Source: Callorhinchus milii (lineage: Eukaryota). From it: DNA of 64,000 nucleotides. Of the stretch, positions 12,700 to 24,037 are shown in pieces. The position numbers were made by a program, and so were the translations under genes. The stretch lies in contig NW_024704742.1 in assembly GCF_018977255.1 (NCBI RefSeq), forward strand, positions 1,614,001 through 1,678,000, in the 5' to 3' direction. How positions within the stretch are numbered: the first letter of the stretch is position 1; every line of letters starts with the position of its first letter. Under the pieces are notes generated by a model that saw only the letters and a list, made by a program, of their open reading frames with translations, was not told the DNA's origin and searched no databases.

Positions 12700-13048
12700 G
12701 CATGCTCTCTTCTGTTTCGGAAGCACAGGGCGAAACATTGGGCAAGTTTTCTTACTCCACACACACACACACACACACACACACGCCTCTGTTTACTTAG
12801 CAGTACGTAGAACCCTGGCTGTTAGTCGATTGCTGGATCGCTTTTCCGGGGATCATAACCCCTCAGAAAAAAGTAAAAATTTGCTCACTCAATCCACGGC
12901 TGTGTGTGGGACGCTGCTGTGTGCAATTGGCTGCTGCGTTTTACCCACAAATGTACAGTCAATTCACTTTATAGTCTATTCTGTGAAGGGCTTTGAGACG
13001 TTTAGAAGAAGTGATGAGGCGCGATGTCAAATGCAAGAATTATTATTA
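12700..13048 (+). mobile_element. tRNA-SINE, long form with central segment; contains a (CA)n expansion
   Basis: GGGCGAAACATTGGGCAAGTTT..TTACTCCAC, then GCCTCTGTTTACTTAGCAGTA segment, Deu body and (TTA)n tail. Confidence 0.85.
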
Positions 13049-13255
13049 TGTGGGTTCAAGCCTCACGTTAGGACGTAAACTCAGTCTAGACTAATACTCC
13101 AGTGCATTACGGGGGACGGGGGACGGGGGGGGGCTGAATATTCAGAGGTTCGGTTTTGTAAACTGAGGCCCTGTCTGTTTGCTCAGGTGGAAATTGAATA
13201 TCCGTCCACACTATTTGAAACAAAAAGGGAACAACCTGGTCATTCACTTTGTTCT
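13049..13255 (+). mobile_element. SacSINE1-like SINE 5'/middle fragment
   Basis: GTGGGTTCAAGCC...AAACTGAGGCCCTGTCTGTTTGCTCAGGTGG motifs. Confidence 0.65.
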
Positions 13256-13382
13256 ATATTGGTGGGCAATGGAGCTCAATGTTGAGCTGCATTGCCCACC
13301 AGGAAGCTCTCTGGAGTTCATGGTACCTGCCATTCACCCAACGAAGGCTCTAGCCCACCTTGTCAGATGTCAAATGACCATC

Positions 13383-13968
13383 GACTGACTATTCTCCTGG
13401 GTGGGGTGGTAAATGGGGCCTCCTTCTAGCTGACCTGACTTTAAGGAATGTCAGAATTGTGCCAATTCTCTGTTGCAGTTTAGTTAGTCCAGTTCTTGAG
13501 TCAGGTGGGTCCGCACTACTCCAGGGCACTGCTGATGACAGCACAAGTTCCTGGTTCATCCATAGAACTTGGAGGTGCAGATCAGTCATTGAGTTTAGAG
13601 ATTCTTCTCACTCAGCTCCTATGAACCCTGCGTAATGGGTAGGGTGGTCCTAGCTGGACAAGCAGCGGGAAAGCTTGTCAGACAGTGTTATCAATGTCAA
13701 GATGTGTGGATTTGGCCTGGTTATACTCCAGCAGTACCCCAACACACACTCTAGGGTCCCCAAGCCTTGGGTTTTCAACCTGTGCCGAATACTCTCCAGA
13801 TTTAGATAACAGGATGGGTCGCTCCAGGGTGAGAGAGCGCATTCCATTCCAGTGTAAGTGGATTTCCGTGGGTAGGTGGGGTGCATGCAACTCTCATTTT
13901 GGTTTGGATACCCTTAAGCATGGCGATGGTTTCTGTATGTGTAACCCAGCTGACTGTACAAAAAAAAT
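13383..13968 (+). mobile_element. Unclassified ~600-bp A-tailed repeat (copy A)
   Basis: Collinear similarity to 25870-26490 (reverse) and 38350-38700; ends CAGCTGACTGTACAAAAAAAA. Confidence 0.8.
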
Positions 13969-14629
13969 CACTTGGCTGTTTGTAACTGTTATGTGCATTT
14001 TGGGTGTCACATTAGCTTAGAAATGACCTGGAAAACACTTTGAGGCATTGCGATGTCATAGGCTATATCTCACCTGAATTGTTTTACGCTGACACAGTGG
14101 GAGCCATAGATGATAAAGTGCCTGGTACGCTTTATCATCGATGGCTCCCACTGCCTGACAAACAAGACTGTTATTCAAACAAACATACATAGTGTTTCTC
14201 TTTTATTTCCCCTTCCTCTTTTCTCGGTTTTGCTCTGAATTGCTGAAAGAGTTATTTCTGAAAATGTCTTCTTTCTGTTCAGAACAATGTTCTTTCTGAA
14301 TCGTGGGATAAAGAACGTTGCAGGGAAAAATAGCCAACCAGTGACATGAGTTGAGTTGCAATGAACCTTTTGAAAACAGGGAGAGGAATAGCGAGTTGGA
14401 GTAGTGATTCACTTCACGGCTGTTTGTGAGAAATTGCTGTGTGCAAATTGGATTTTTAATAAAAAAAATAGTGGTGGTGGATGCCTTTGAAAGATAGTGG
14501 CAGATGCACTGAGTGAGGCACAAGCAGAGTATGTCTGAGTTCTGGGCAAAAATGATTGAGACGAATATAAATCGTGGCCCTACCTGCCTGAACGTCTCTA
14601 TTGCTGGACACCGTGTCCTACCACTTCCC

Positions 14630-14685
14630 ATTGACACGATTGGCCCGAATGGCCTTCTTCTGCGCTTTAAATTTCTGTGGTTCAA
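14630..14685 (+). mobile_element. CR1-type 3' terminus
   Basis: GACACGATTGGCCCGAATGGCCTTCTTCTGCGC...TTTCTGTG. Confidence 0.65.
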
Positions 14686-14709
14686 GAGGGTGTAAGTTGT
14701 GGCACCAAT

Positions 14710-15380
14710 TTATTTTCAGTCAGCTGGCGGTCTTGTCATGTGCAGAGAGACCCATCGACATGCTTGAGAGTATGTAAATTAGACTGAGAGTTCCACGTAT
14801 GTATGCCACCTACACGCGGACATTTACCTTGTGCCTGGAATGGAACGCACACCCTCTCTTTCTCTCTCTCCTTGGAGACCACACTTGGAGCATTCTGCTT
14901 AGCAGGTCCTGAAGCGTATTTGGTGCAGATTGGCAAGAGCCAATGCCTGGGAACCTCAGTGTGCATTAAGCCATCGGAGTCCTGTAGCTCAGTGGTTAGA
15001 GCACTCGCTTTACAAGTGAGAGACCTGAGTTCAATTCCAGGCAGAGGGCGAAACCTTGGGCAAGTTTCCTTACTCCACACAGAGCCTAATAATAATCCCT
15101 CCAAAACAAAAACAATAATAAATTGGTCATTTTCAATCTACGACTGTTTGTGGGACATTGCTGTGCGCAATTGGCTGCCGCGTTCGCCCACAAACATACA
15201 GTCAATTCACTTTACAGTGTGTTCTGTGAAGCGCTTTGGGACGTCCTCCCGACGTGAAAAGCGCCATATCAAATGCAAGGATTATTATTATTATTTATGT
15301 GGCAATCTTCAGCTAAGGCCACCCTATAGAGGTTTGCCTTGCACGGGTAACAGAAGCTGCGTGGGAAGAATCCTTGGTAC
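14710..15380 (-). mobile_element. Unclassified repeat (copy C), interrupted by the SINE at 14976-15295
   Basis: 14710-14972 matches 25880-26120 and 15298-15380 matches 26205-26280. Confidence 0.7.
14976..15295 (+). mobile_element. Young full-length tRNA-derived SINE (short form)
   Basis: A box TAGCTCAGTGG, B box AGTTCAATTCC, Deu-type body TGTTTGTGGGACATTGCTGTGCGCAATTGGCTGCC, stem-loop tail and (TTA)n; about 8 differences from the copy at 51652-51983. Confidence 0.95.
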
Positions 15381-16429
15381 ATAAAAACCTGCTGACAACC
15401 CAGGCTGCCTAGTCTGTCATCAGCCAGTCTGGTGTTGAAGTGGTGCATCACTGGTTTATTTCTCTCCTGAGGTCATTGTAATTTGAGCTTTGCTGTAATA
15501 TGTGCAATATTTTGATCCAGGCCATTAACACGAATATTTGGAAACCTACCAGAATAGGTCAATGATAACCAAGACAGTCAAGAGTCAAAGCGATGCACGG
15601 ATCGGTGATCAACCAACAAGCCTCAATAGGACTGGCTTTGGAGTGTAGAGGGTCATTGGAGTTGTAGACGGGAGATTTGAGTCTTCAAATGTATCATCAA
15701 AGTCGTGATATTGTAAACCAAACAAAAATAAAAAAAAGAGTGTGTTTGGATTTTTCTAATATCGTGTCGATGGAGTATTGTGGATAGCAGTGTCTGACAT
15801 TCAATAGTTTTGTACTATGAATCTTGTGGTAGCAGCAGTCGTGTGCAATTTTAATCTCGTTACGAGTAGCAAGGGGTGAGTAAAGAGACTTGATATTTGT
15901 TCTTGGGGCTCTGAGAATAATGTGAGCCCAGAGAGTGAGGCTTGTGTTTAGTGGTTTTTTTTTGAGGTCAAGTTACATTTACTCATCCTGACATTTTAAA
16001 AAAAAGTGAAGTAATGCCTACTCTATCATCTTAGTAACAATAGGAATGACAAACAGCAGAAATTAAATTGAATGACGGCTGAGCAAGGCAGTTGTTTTAT
16101 CACTGCAGAGCACTGCCACAGGATTACGAGGAGCCTCGAGAAAGGGAACAGATCTGCAACTGAGTCTCTGAGGAAGTTCGCAAATTTGGAATGGCAGGTA
16201 CACAATTTGCCGGGGAGGGGAAATTTGTGAAAACAACTTTTCGACATCTAACGGGCAAAAGTATAAGTACATTTCGAAATGCAGATTGAATCCAGAAATT
16301 CAAACTGAGGATTGCATGCGCTATTGGCCGCCGTGTTTCGCCCACAAAATACACATCAATTCACTTTACAGTAATACTGGGAAGCGCTTTGAGACGTCTC
16401 AAAGATGACCAAAGTTGCAGTCAATGCAA

Positions 16430-16830
16430 AAGGTCTTAAGGTGGGGAGGGCAGGAGGTGGAGGGACACTGGGATCGTGTTTCAGAGTGCGGGGTATAATG
16501 GCTGAAAGCTTACCAGCTGCTTCATGTTCCCCACCCGACCCAACCCGATGGGATGGGTCGGCGTTGGGCGAGACCCTGGAGGAATTTAAACAGGGGTGGG
16601 GGGAACAAGGGTCTTGAATTCAATCCGCTGGAGGTTGGGGAAGCCAGCGGAGCTGAGTGAGGATGAGGTTGACTGGCTCACAGAGCCTGGTGTGGAAGAG
16701 GAGAGAACACGAGCTGCAGAGATCTGGATGGTATGCAGGAAGCGGTGGTGGGGAGGGGGAATCCTGGTCAGCAGGATGTTCAAACTGCTGCTGCTGGACA
16801 CGAACGAACGTTGTGAACAAGTGTCTTCCT
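16430..16830 (-). mobile_element. L2 RT C-terminal fragment
   Basis: Frameshifted peptides LHTIQISAARVL, LILTQLRWLP and QRIEFKTLV are L2 ORF2 motifs. Confidence 0.8.
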
Positions 16831-16939
16831 CGTTCTGCAGTAGTTCACTGTATTCCAAGACAGCTGGGGTGCAGTGGAGAGGAAACATGCACTTGTTGGG
16901 GGTGGGGGAGGAATAAAAAGGCATGCGCTGGCTTTACAC

Positions 16940-17110
16940 ATGTGCCATTAGCATAATTTCCAGCTGGTTTTCCATTCTACTGCAGAACCGATTAAGAGCG
17001 CACAAAGGGAGCAGTTAAAAGGCCAATAATTACATTTCCTCAGACCTACTAACTGATGCAAAATAGATTTCTGGTGATGCCAGATCTACACCAGATGGTA
17101 ATTTACTGCA
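16940..17110. promoter_or_regulatory. Candidate enhancer/conserved non-coding element
   Basis: Unique sequence with clustered ATTAGCAT, CAGCTG, ACAAAG, TAATTA, ATGCAAAAT and CAGATG motifs; motif-only evidence. Confidence 0.3.
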
Positions 17111-17440
17111 CCTACCTTGGAATGCAAATACCTGTACCGGCAAATCTCGTGTACTAAATACGATTAGACTCGATCCTAAACAGGATTGTTCACGCTGTTT
17201 AGTTTATTCTAAAACTCCTCCCAGAGCTCGGTAACATAACTCGGATACACTCTTCGGAATGCACGGCGAAACCTTTCAAGTTAAGTTTACGGACAGTGAG
17301 TGGATTGTCAGTAATTTCACAGTAATAATGCCTTTTGTTTGGTCAGCCAGGTGTCTTGACATATGAGAAAATCTATTTCCATGCTGATTAATATTCAGAT
17401 CAGGCTGCGAGTTCTACATATACTGTGTGTGACGGTACAC

Positions 17441-17582
17441 TTGGAAATTACCCTTTGTCTGGAATGGAATGGATGCTCTTTCCCTGGAGGGATGCACCCT
17501 GCTCACCTAATTCTGGATAGTATTAAGTGCAGGTTGGTCAGTGCTACGCTTTGGGGATCCCAGTGTGTATGTTGGGGTATAA
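17441..17582 (-). mobile_element. Unclassified repeat, internal fragment (copy E)
   Basis: TCCCTGGAGGGATGCA.CCTG.T.AC.TAATTCTGGA.AGTATTA.G.GCAGGTTGG shared with 26033-26090. Confidence 0.8.
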
Positions 17583-17597
17583 TATATAATCAGCAAT

Positions 17598-17890
17598 ATT
17601 GGAGGGGCCGTTTTCGGATGAGATGTTAAATCAAGACCCCGAATGCCTGTTAAAGATCCCATGACACTATTCGAAGAAAGAAAGGAGCTTCTCCCAGTGT
17701 GTCCTGGTCGACAATCCTGAAACTAAACCTGATCATTCACTTCCTGGTTATTTGTGGGACATTGCTGTGAGCAAATTGGCTGCTGTGTTCGCCAACCAAA
17801 CATACAGTCACTGCACTTTACAGTATATCCTGTGAAGCACTGTGAGAAGTCTTGATGGCATGATCATTGGTGCTGAATCAATTATTATAA
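17598..17890 (+). mobile_element. SacSINE1-like SINE, 5'-truncated
   Basis: TTGGAGGGGCCGTTTTCGGATGAGATGTTAAA...AAAGATCCCATGACACTATTCGAAG, then Deu body and tail. Confidence 0.85.
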
Positions 17891-20171
17891 TAATATTTCA
17901 AATTTTATCTGATGAATCCAAGTTTGTTGAATCTAATGCAGGTATTTTGAATTCTTCAAGCCTCCAACGAGCTTTCGTATTCAGATATTATTTCACCATA
18001 AAGTAGTCTAAGTTTAAATCCAGTAATCTCACCAAATGCTCTGGAACTCTGCTCGCAATCAATCCTTGCATTTGATATAGCGCTTTTCACGTCGGGAGGA
18101 CGTTGCAACGAATGTTGGTAATTGATTGTGATGCCCTCTGTGAAACACTAACAAAGGCATTAACTTCTTCCAAGACATTCATCCGTCCTTATAAGCGCAT
18201 GATCTGTACTTTGGAAAAGAGTAAACATTTGCTTCCAACTGAGCACAAGATGAGTTCAAGGCACAGGCACTAATGAACCAGTAAAGACATAGAATTAGTC
18301 AGGAAATGCTGACTGGACGAAAACGAGATTGCTTGACATTTTAAACGATGCGGCCAACATTTTCTTTCTTTTTTTTTAGGAAAAAAGGAAACTATTTCAA
18401 ATTAATTAAAGGTGTTTCTATCTATGTTGTCGATGGTGTATGTCCTCCACCAGTTTGCAATCTGTCATCTAATTAGGGTTCGTACAATCATTCTTAAAAA
18501 GAAGGGAGTTTCTCCCAGTGTTGCAGTTAAGAATCCCTTGAGATAAAATTGAGCTTTCATTTCATGGCTGTTTGTGTGTAAATTGACTGCCAGGTTTGAC
18601 GACACTTTACAATAAATCCTGTGAAGCGCTTTGGGATATCCACCTGGTGTGAAAAGCGCTATATCAGATGCAAGGATGATGATTATTAATATTAAAGTGG
18701 TTACCGTTGATTAAGTGGCCGTCTCAGAGGCTGTTGATATCAATTTGTCTCCTCTCCAAAACAATCGCAGGAAAATATAAGAACGCAAGGAGGAGCGTTA
18801 TGCACAGTGTGCTGTGCACTCCCTGAGCAGTGCAGGAACGTTTGAGAATAAGTCATAACGTAAGAATCATTGGAGTAAATATATCTGAAACGTAAAGGAA
18901 TGAGGTGGTTGTTCAGCTGATTCATCTTGTTTTTCCAGTTGGATCCAGCTGGACGTAGTGAAACTTATTTTCAGTTTTCCACCTGCCTTGGTGCTAAGCT
19001 TAAAATCCCAGCCAGAAAAGATTATCCAATGCATGTTGGATGCCAAAGTTCAATCACAAAAAGGCAGGGTGTATTATTTCTCCTGATCAAAGGTGGTGGA
19101 AGATGTCATCGAGCACGCCGTCTGGGCGGGGAAACATTTTGAGGAGTGGTAATGATCTCATTGTTCAAACGTTCGGTGTCAAGGAGTCAGTAATTATTCA
19201 TCGGGGAGGAGTGCGTCATATCTGTGACCAACCTATGCACACGCAGTTCAGGCTACAGTCATCATTTGGTTGACATTTCATTGCTGTGGTTAGCAATGCA
19301 CAGTTAACTCCATTTTTTCCCCCTCTCCACTTAATAATAATAATAATAATAATAGTATTAACAATTCTTACATTTGAGATAGCATCTTTCCCATCGGGAG
19401 GATGTCCCAAAGCGCTTCATAAGATGTACTATAAAGTGCAGTGACACATTTGATTTTATTGTTTAGTGTGTAGGCTGGTTCATGGTAATCCTGAGGTTTT
19501 GACCATTGCAAAGATTGTAAAATAACAGTTCAGCTTTCACTGGTCAGGGGTATCTCTGGAATAAAATGATACCTCGTACAGATCCATTGGGTTTGATGGT
19601 ATTTGGGAAGCTATTGATTGTATTTGGGACCCAGGTGGTACAGAGTGACCTGTAAGACACCCAGGTTTCGTTTGGGATCGCTTATAATATGAGTCTACTG
19701 TGAATACTGGAAGCGTGGCTGTGAATACTGGAAGCATGACTTCTGAGTAGCCATTCTTCCCACACTAAATAACGCGTCACATAATTCAACTACGTGACAC
19801 CTGCTGCTTAGAAAAGTCTGGGTGACCCAGTTATAAAGGCACGTGTTGTTTCCAAACACTCGGTCCTCCATGTTATAACAGAGCAGGCAAAAAAAGGTTG
19901 CCATTTGGTTTGTCTGATATTACTTCCTGTGCATGTCTGTTATGCGTAAGAATTGTCTCTCGCTCGCAAAGGAAACCTTCGCGTTACTTTGCGTGTACAG
20001 AAAGGGGCAACGTGTGGTAACCCGCTGACCCAGAAGGCAGCCATTTAACTTTAACACAGGGGCCTGAGCTACGGACCCAGACCATCGCTTTATTATGAGC
20101 CAGCTCGCCCTAAATCTGCCTTTTCCTAGTAGATGATCAGATGTTGCCAGATTAGGTTCTTAACCAGATTA

Positions 20172-20627
20172 GGCTCCACGTCCCCCGCCCCAACCGCCCT
20201 ACCATCGGTGGTCGGGCCTTCAGCCTCTCAGCCCCGAGGCTCTGGAACTCCATCCCCCAGTGCCTTCGCCGCTTCCTCCCTTTCCTCCTTCAAGGCCGTT
20301 CTCAAGTCCTTTCTCTTTGACCGAGCCTTCAGCTCCCCTCTCGACTCTCTACCCCCTCCTCGCTCCCTCCCTTCCCTCCCTCACCCTGACCATTTCCCCC
20401 CTCCTCCCTCCCTCCCTTCCCTCCCCTCACCCTGACCATTTCCCCCCTCCTCCCTCCCTCCCTTCCCTCCCCTCACCCTGACCATTTCCCCTCCTCGCTC
20501 CCTCCCTTCCCTCCCCTCACCCTGACCATTTCCCCCCAATGCTCGGGTCCTGACCCAACTGTGCAGCGCCTTGGGACGTCCTCCTGACGTGAAAGGCGCT
20601 TTATAAATGGAATCTTGTTGTTGTTGT
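20172..20627 (+). mobile_element. Young L2 LINE 3' end
   Basis: Encodes PTIGGRAFSLSAPRLWNSIP...SSFKAVLKSFLFDRAF (L2 ORF2 end), followed by a C-rich 3' UTR, the stem-loop and (TTG)n. Confidence 0.92.
20353..20537. repeat. ~46-bp minisatellite, 4 copies, within the L2 3' UTR
   Basis: TCACCCTGACCATTTCCCC recurs at about 20381, 20427, 20473 and 20517. Confidence 0.95.
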
Positions 20628-21942
20628 TAACAATCCTATCGTCAGAATAAGGTGCTGCCGTTTGTCAGGCACTTTGAATAAAATCTTGTTTCACGGGTGC
20701 CAGCAGGTAGCGGGCAGACCCACAGTCTACGTCACTCCAGCTTCTCCTGAACACCGCTGCCCACATGCAGGAGTTTGGCCTCTGCATGTGTGCAGTTTGT
20801 GCTCTTAGTCTCAGGGAACACTGGAGCGCTCTCGGCTCAGTCTGTTTCACTTTGCTGTGTGCACTAATTATAGCCACCGAGGCTGATAGGACAGAGACAG
20901 GATTTTGCACCAACATTTTGCTGCTGTCAAAGTAGTTTTGGGTGTGAACATTCCAGTATAACGAGGGGATAAGAAAATACTTCAGCGGAGTCTTGTGACA
21001 TCAAAGCTGAGGATCTAATCTAACATCAGCCTGTGGTTTGAAATCCTCTGCGTGACTTCCAGTGGGTGAGTTATGCAAAAAAAATCTTGATTTAAAAATA
21101 TTTTCAAATCTTCCTTATTTCCCCCCCCTCCCCGTAGTTTTGACGCAGGCAGAATTTTATTTACATTTACTTTCCGTACCTGCTGGGGAAATGTTCCTAT
21201 GAATAAAGCTTTTATTCGGTGTGGGATTCGAATAGGAACATCTGTAGGATCTCTTAGAAAGGCTCTGTTTCAGGAAAAGAGCGTTTCCTTCCTGATAACT
21301 GCTGAAGTGCAAGACGTGTGACTGACTCAACCCCATAAGGTGTAGTTGCTTTCTTACATACTGTATTATCGGAATAAAAAGAACTTTCATCTCCCCCTTA
21401 TTGTTAATATTCTATCCAAGAAGCAAAAGGTTGAAAAACACATTTCGAATAGCTGTTTCTCATCTATTTCTTTGTATTTGATTTCAGTGTCAAGAGCCCC
21501 AACTAAATTTGAAGACCTTTTGAGGACTGATTTTCCTGTTCAGTTATATTACATTGACTGCAGTTGCTAAGAGTAAGGAAATACTTATTGCAGAAGGAGT
21601 ACTGACTGCTTATGATTCATCAGTATTTACAACACTCCAGATGATTATGAACTGGAAATGAGAAAGCTGGGAAGAAATTATAGATAAAGTAAAGCTTGGA
21701 AGGGACTGAATTATGAGGCTTCAGTGTAACTTGTGCTCAAATAACACGCACTCGGGCATAAATCGAGATTATCATCAAGAAGCGAAAGTGAGGAGATTAG
21801 AAAATACCTTTGCACAGAGGATTTGTTAGCGCTGTTGAAACAAGTTTGAACCGGCATTTAAAAGGGAATTGAACAGATTTGTAATGAAAACATTTCAGAG
21901 GACATGCGACGCATGGGTTTGGACAAAGTGATAATAGATTCT

Positions 21943-22507
21943 GATTATTAATGCCTGTATTTGGTATCGCACCATTCACATCAGGAGGGTGTCCCAAAGC
22001 ACTTTACAGGATATACTGTAAAGTGCAGTCAGTGACTGTGTGTTTTACAAGCAAATGCAACAGCCTGTTTTGCGCGTAGCAGTGTCCCACAAACGGTCAC
22101 AAATTGAATGAACATTTTTTTTTACATTTTGGTGGAATAATAATAATAATAATAATCCTTGCATTTGATATAGCGCTTTTCACGTCGGGAGGACGTCCCA
22201 AAGCGCTTCACAGAACACACTGTAAAGTGAATTGACTGTATATTTGTGGGCGAACGCGGCAGCCAATTGTGCACAGCAATGTCCCACAAACAGTCGTAGA
22301 TTGAAAATGACCAATTTTTTTTTATTATTGTTTTTTGGTTTTTTTGGAGGGATTATTATTATCTTGTTGATACTCGTCAACAAGAAAGGGGGAATTGTTG
22401 GCCAGGACAACAGGAGGAACTCACTTCTCTTTTCAAATCATTTCTTGGGTTCTTTAAGGTCCACCTAAACCGGCAGATAGGGCCTCGGTTTAACGTCTCA
22501 TCTGAAA
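21943..22507 (-). mobile_element. Older SacSINE1-like SINE interrupted by a young SINE
   Basis: Tail and body at 21943-22135 resume at 22385-22507 (GGGGAATTGTTGGCCAGGAC...GGCCTCGGTTTAACGTCTCATC). Confidence 0.7.
22137..22345 (-). mobile_element. Young tRNA-SINE, 5'-truncated
   Basis: Near-identical to 51652-51870. Confidence 0.93.
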
Positions 22508-24037
22508 GCAGTGAAATTGGCTTCCGCTTTTCGCTCACAAAATATGTAGTCAAATCACTTTTCAGTAGATTCTGTGAAATGCTTTGAGACGTCTCAACAA
22601 CATGATAAGGCGCGACATCAAATGCAACGATTATTATTGTCAAAATTGGTCACCTCCATTTCCGTCGGCCTCTCTAATTGTACACAAAGCTTCGAAACTT
22701 TTTTTTTTAAAAAAAAGGTTGTGGGGGTCCAAACTAGGCTGGATAAGGAAAGACAGGGAAGCGTTCTGTGAGATAGCCGGGGCAGAAACTTTTTCTAAAC
22801 TGAAGGGGTGCTGGAATGGGGAGGACACGATGTGGAGTCACAGGCTTGAGGAAACCCAGTAGCTTTGGCCTTCATGGATACTTCGGAAAGGTTTGAATTG
22901 TTGGGTGCTACTCGATTTTCTGTCTTGTGTGCTAAAGCAGCATCGTGTACTGTGTGCTTCCATCAGTCTTGCACTGCACATCATTTATTCTCCATACTGC
23001 TATGGATGTTATGGTAGCTGTATATTTAGATCGGAATACATTTCCCTTAATAACAGAGTAATTGTTAATCCCTGAAGAATGGCTGTTGTGCATCAACAGA
23101 GATGGTGAGGATCTCTCATCGCTGTCTTTAGGCGCTGTTACTGCCCCAGGAACAGAACCCGAGCCAAGCCAAGTTGAATCAAATGAATATTGTTAATAAT
23201 AAAAGGATTTTGAGACTGCAGTGTAATCTTGAAGGTTCAGATCATTGTTATACATTGCTTCAGTTATACTATCATGGCTTATGATGGCACATGAACCCCT
23301 ATGATTGAATGATTAATTATAACACAACACAATTTACATTTAAATAGTGCCTTTCACGTGAGCAGGATGATGTCTGGAAGGTTTAACATCCAGCTCAGGT
23401 ATCCGCTACGCTCTTCGCAATCGCCTTGTTTGAGCGTACAGATGTACCGTTCAATAAATCTTGCCTTGCCAAAGCTGACGACAATTCTGCTTGCTAACTG
23501 GACTGGGACAAATAAATGACCACTTGTCACTGCACTTGTGCCAGGCCGGCTGGTTTACAGAGAGCAAGGCTGTACAATTGCTGGATTGCAGGCTGAATTG
23601 ATGATTGAGATTTTATCATCTTTATTTCAAGAGCAATGAGGACATTTCCGGGACTTGGGAAATTTACAGAGAGGCGAGCAAAATTGAGAGAGGGTCTTTA
23701 AGATATTAAATGGTAAAGTAGGCAGAAGCAGGTCAGTTATGAGTACAACAATGAATATATTACTGTTGAAAAAAATCTCCACGGAGCAGCAGGTATGTCG
23801 AAAAGATTTCCATTGAATTGAGGTAGTTATATGCTGATTAGCTCTTTTTCAAAAGAGAGAGAGAAAAATAGGTGGACGTTCGCGAGTTAAATTTAAGCAG
23901 CTCACCAGTAAGTCACACACTTATCCCTCCAATCTTTCATTTTTTTTTACACAGCTTTCCTTCTGCACCTGGACCTCTTATCATTTTTAATATATATTAT
24001 AATATCATCACAGGAATAGGCAACTGGTATATAGCCA

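Noticed and set aside
14803..15384. Longest ORF (193 aa), with peptides repeated at 51520-52079, 6182-6538 and 43183-43452
   Set aside because: Read-through of SINE copies; the repeated peptides reflect repeat identity, not a gene family.
22385..22640. Apparent twin-priming 5' inversion of a SINE
   Set aside because: The inverted piece is more simply the continuation of the older minus-strand SINE beginning at 21943.
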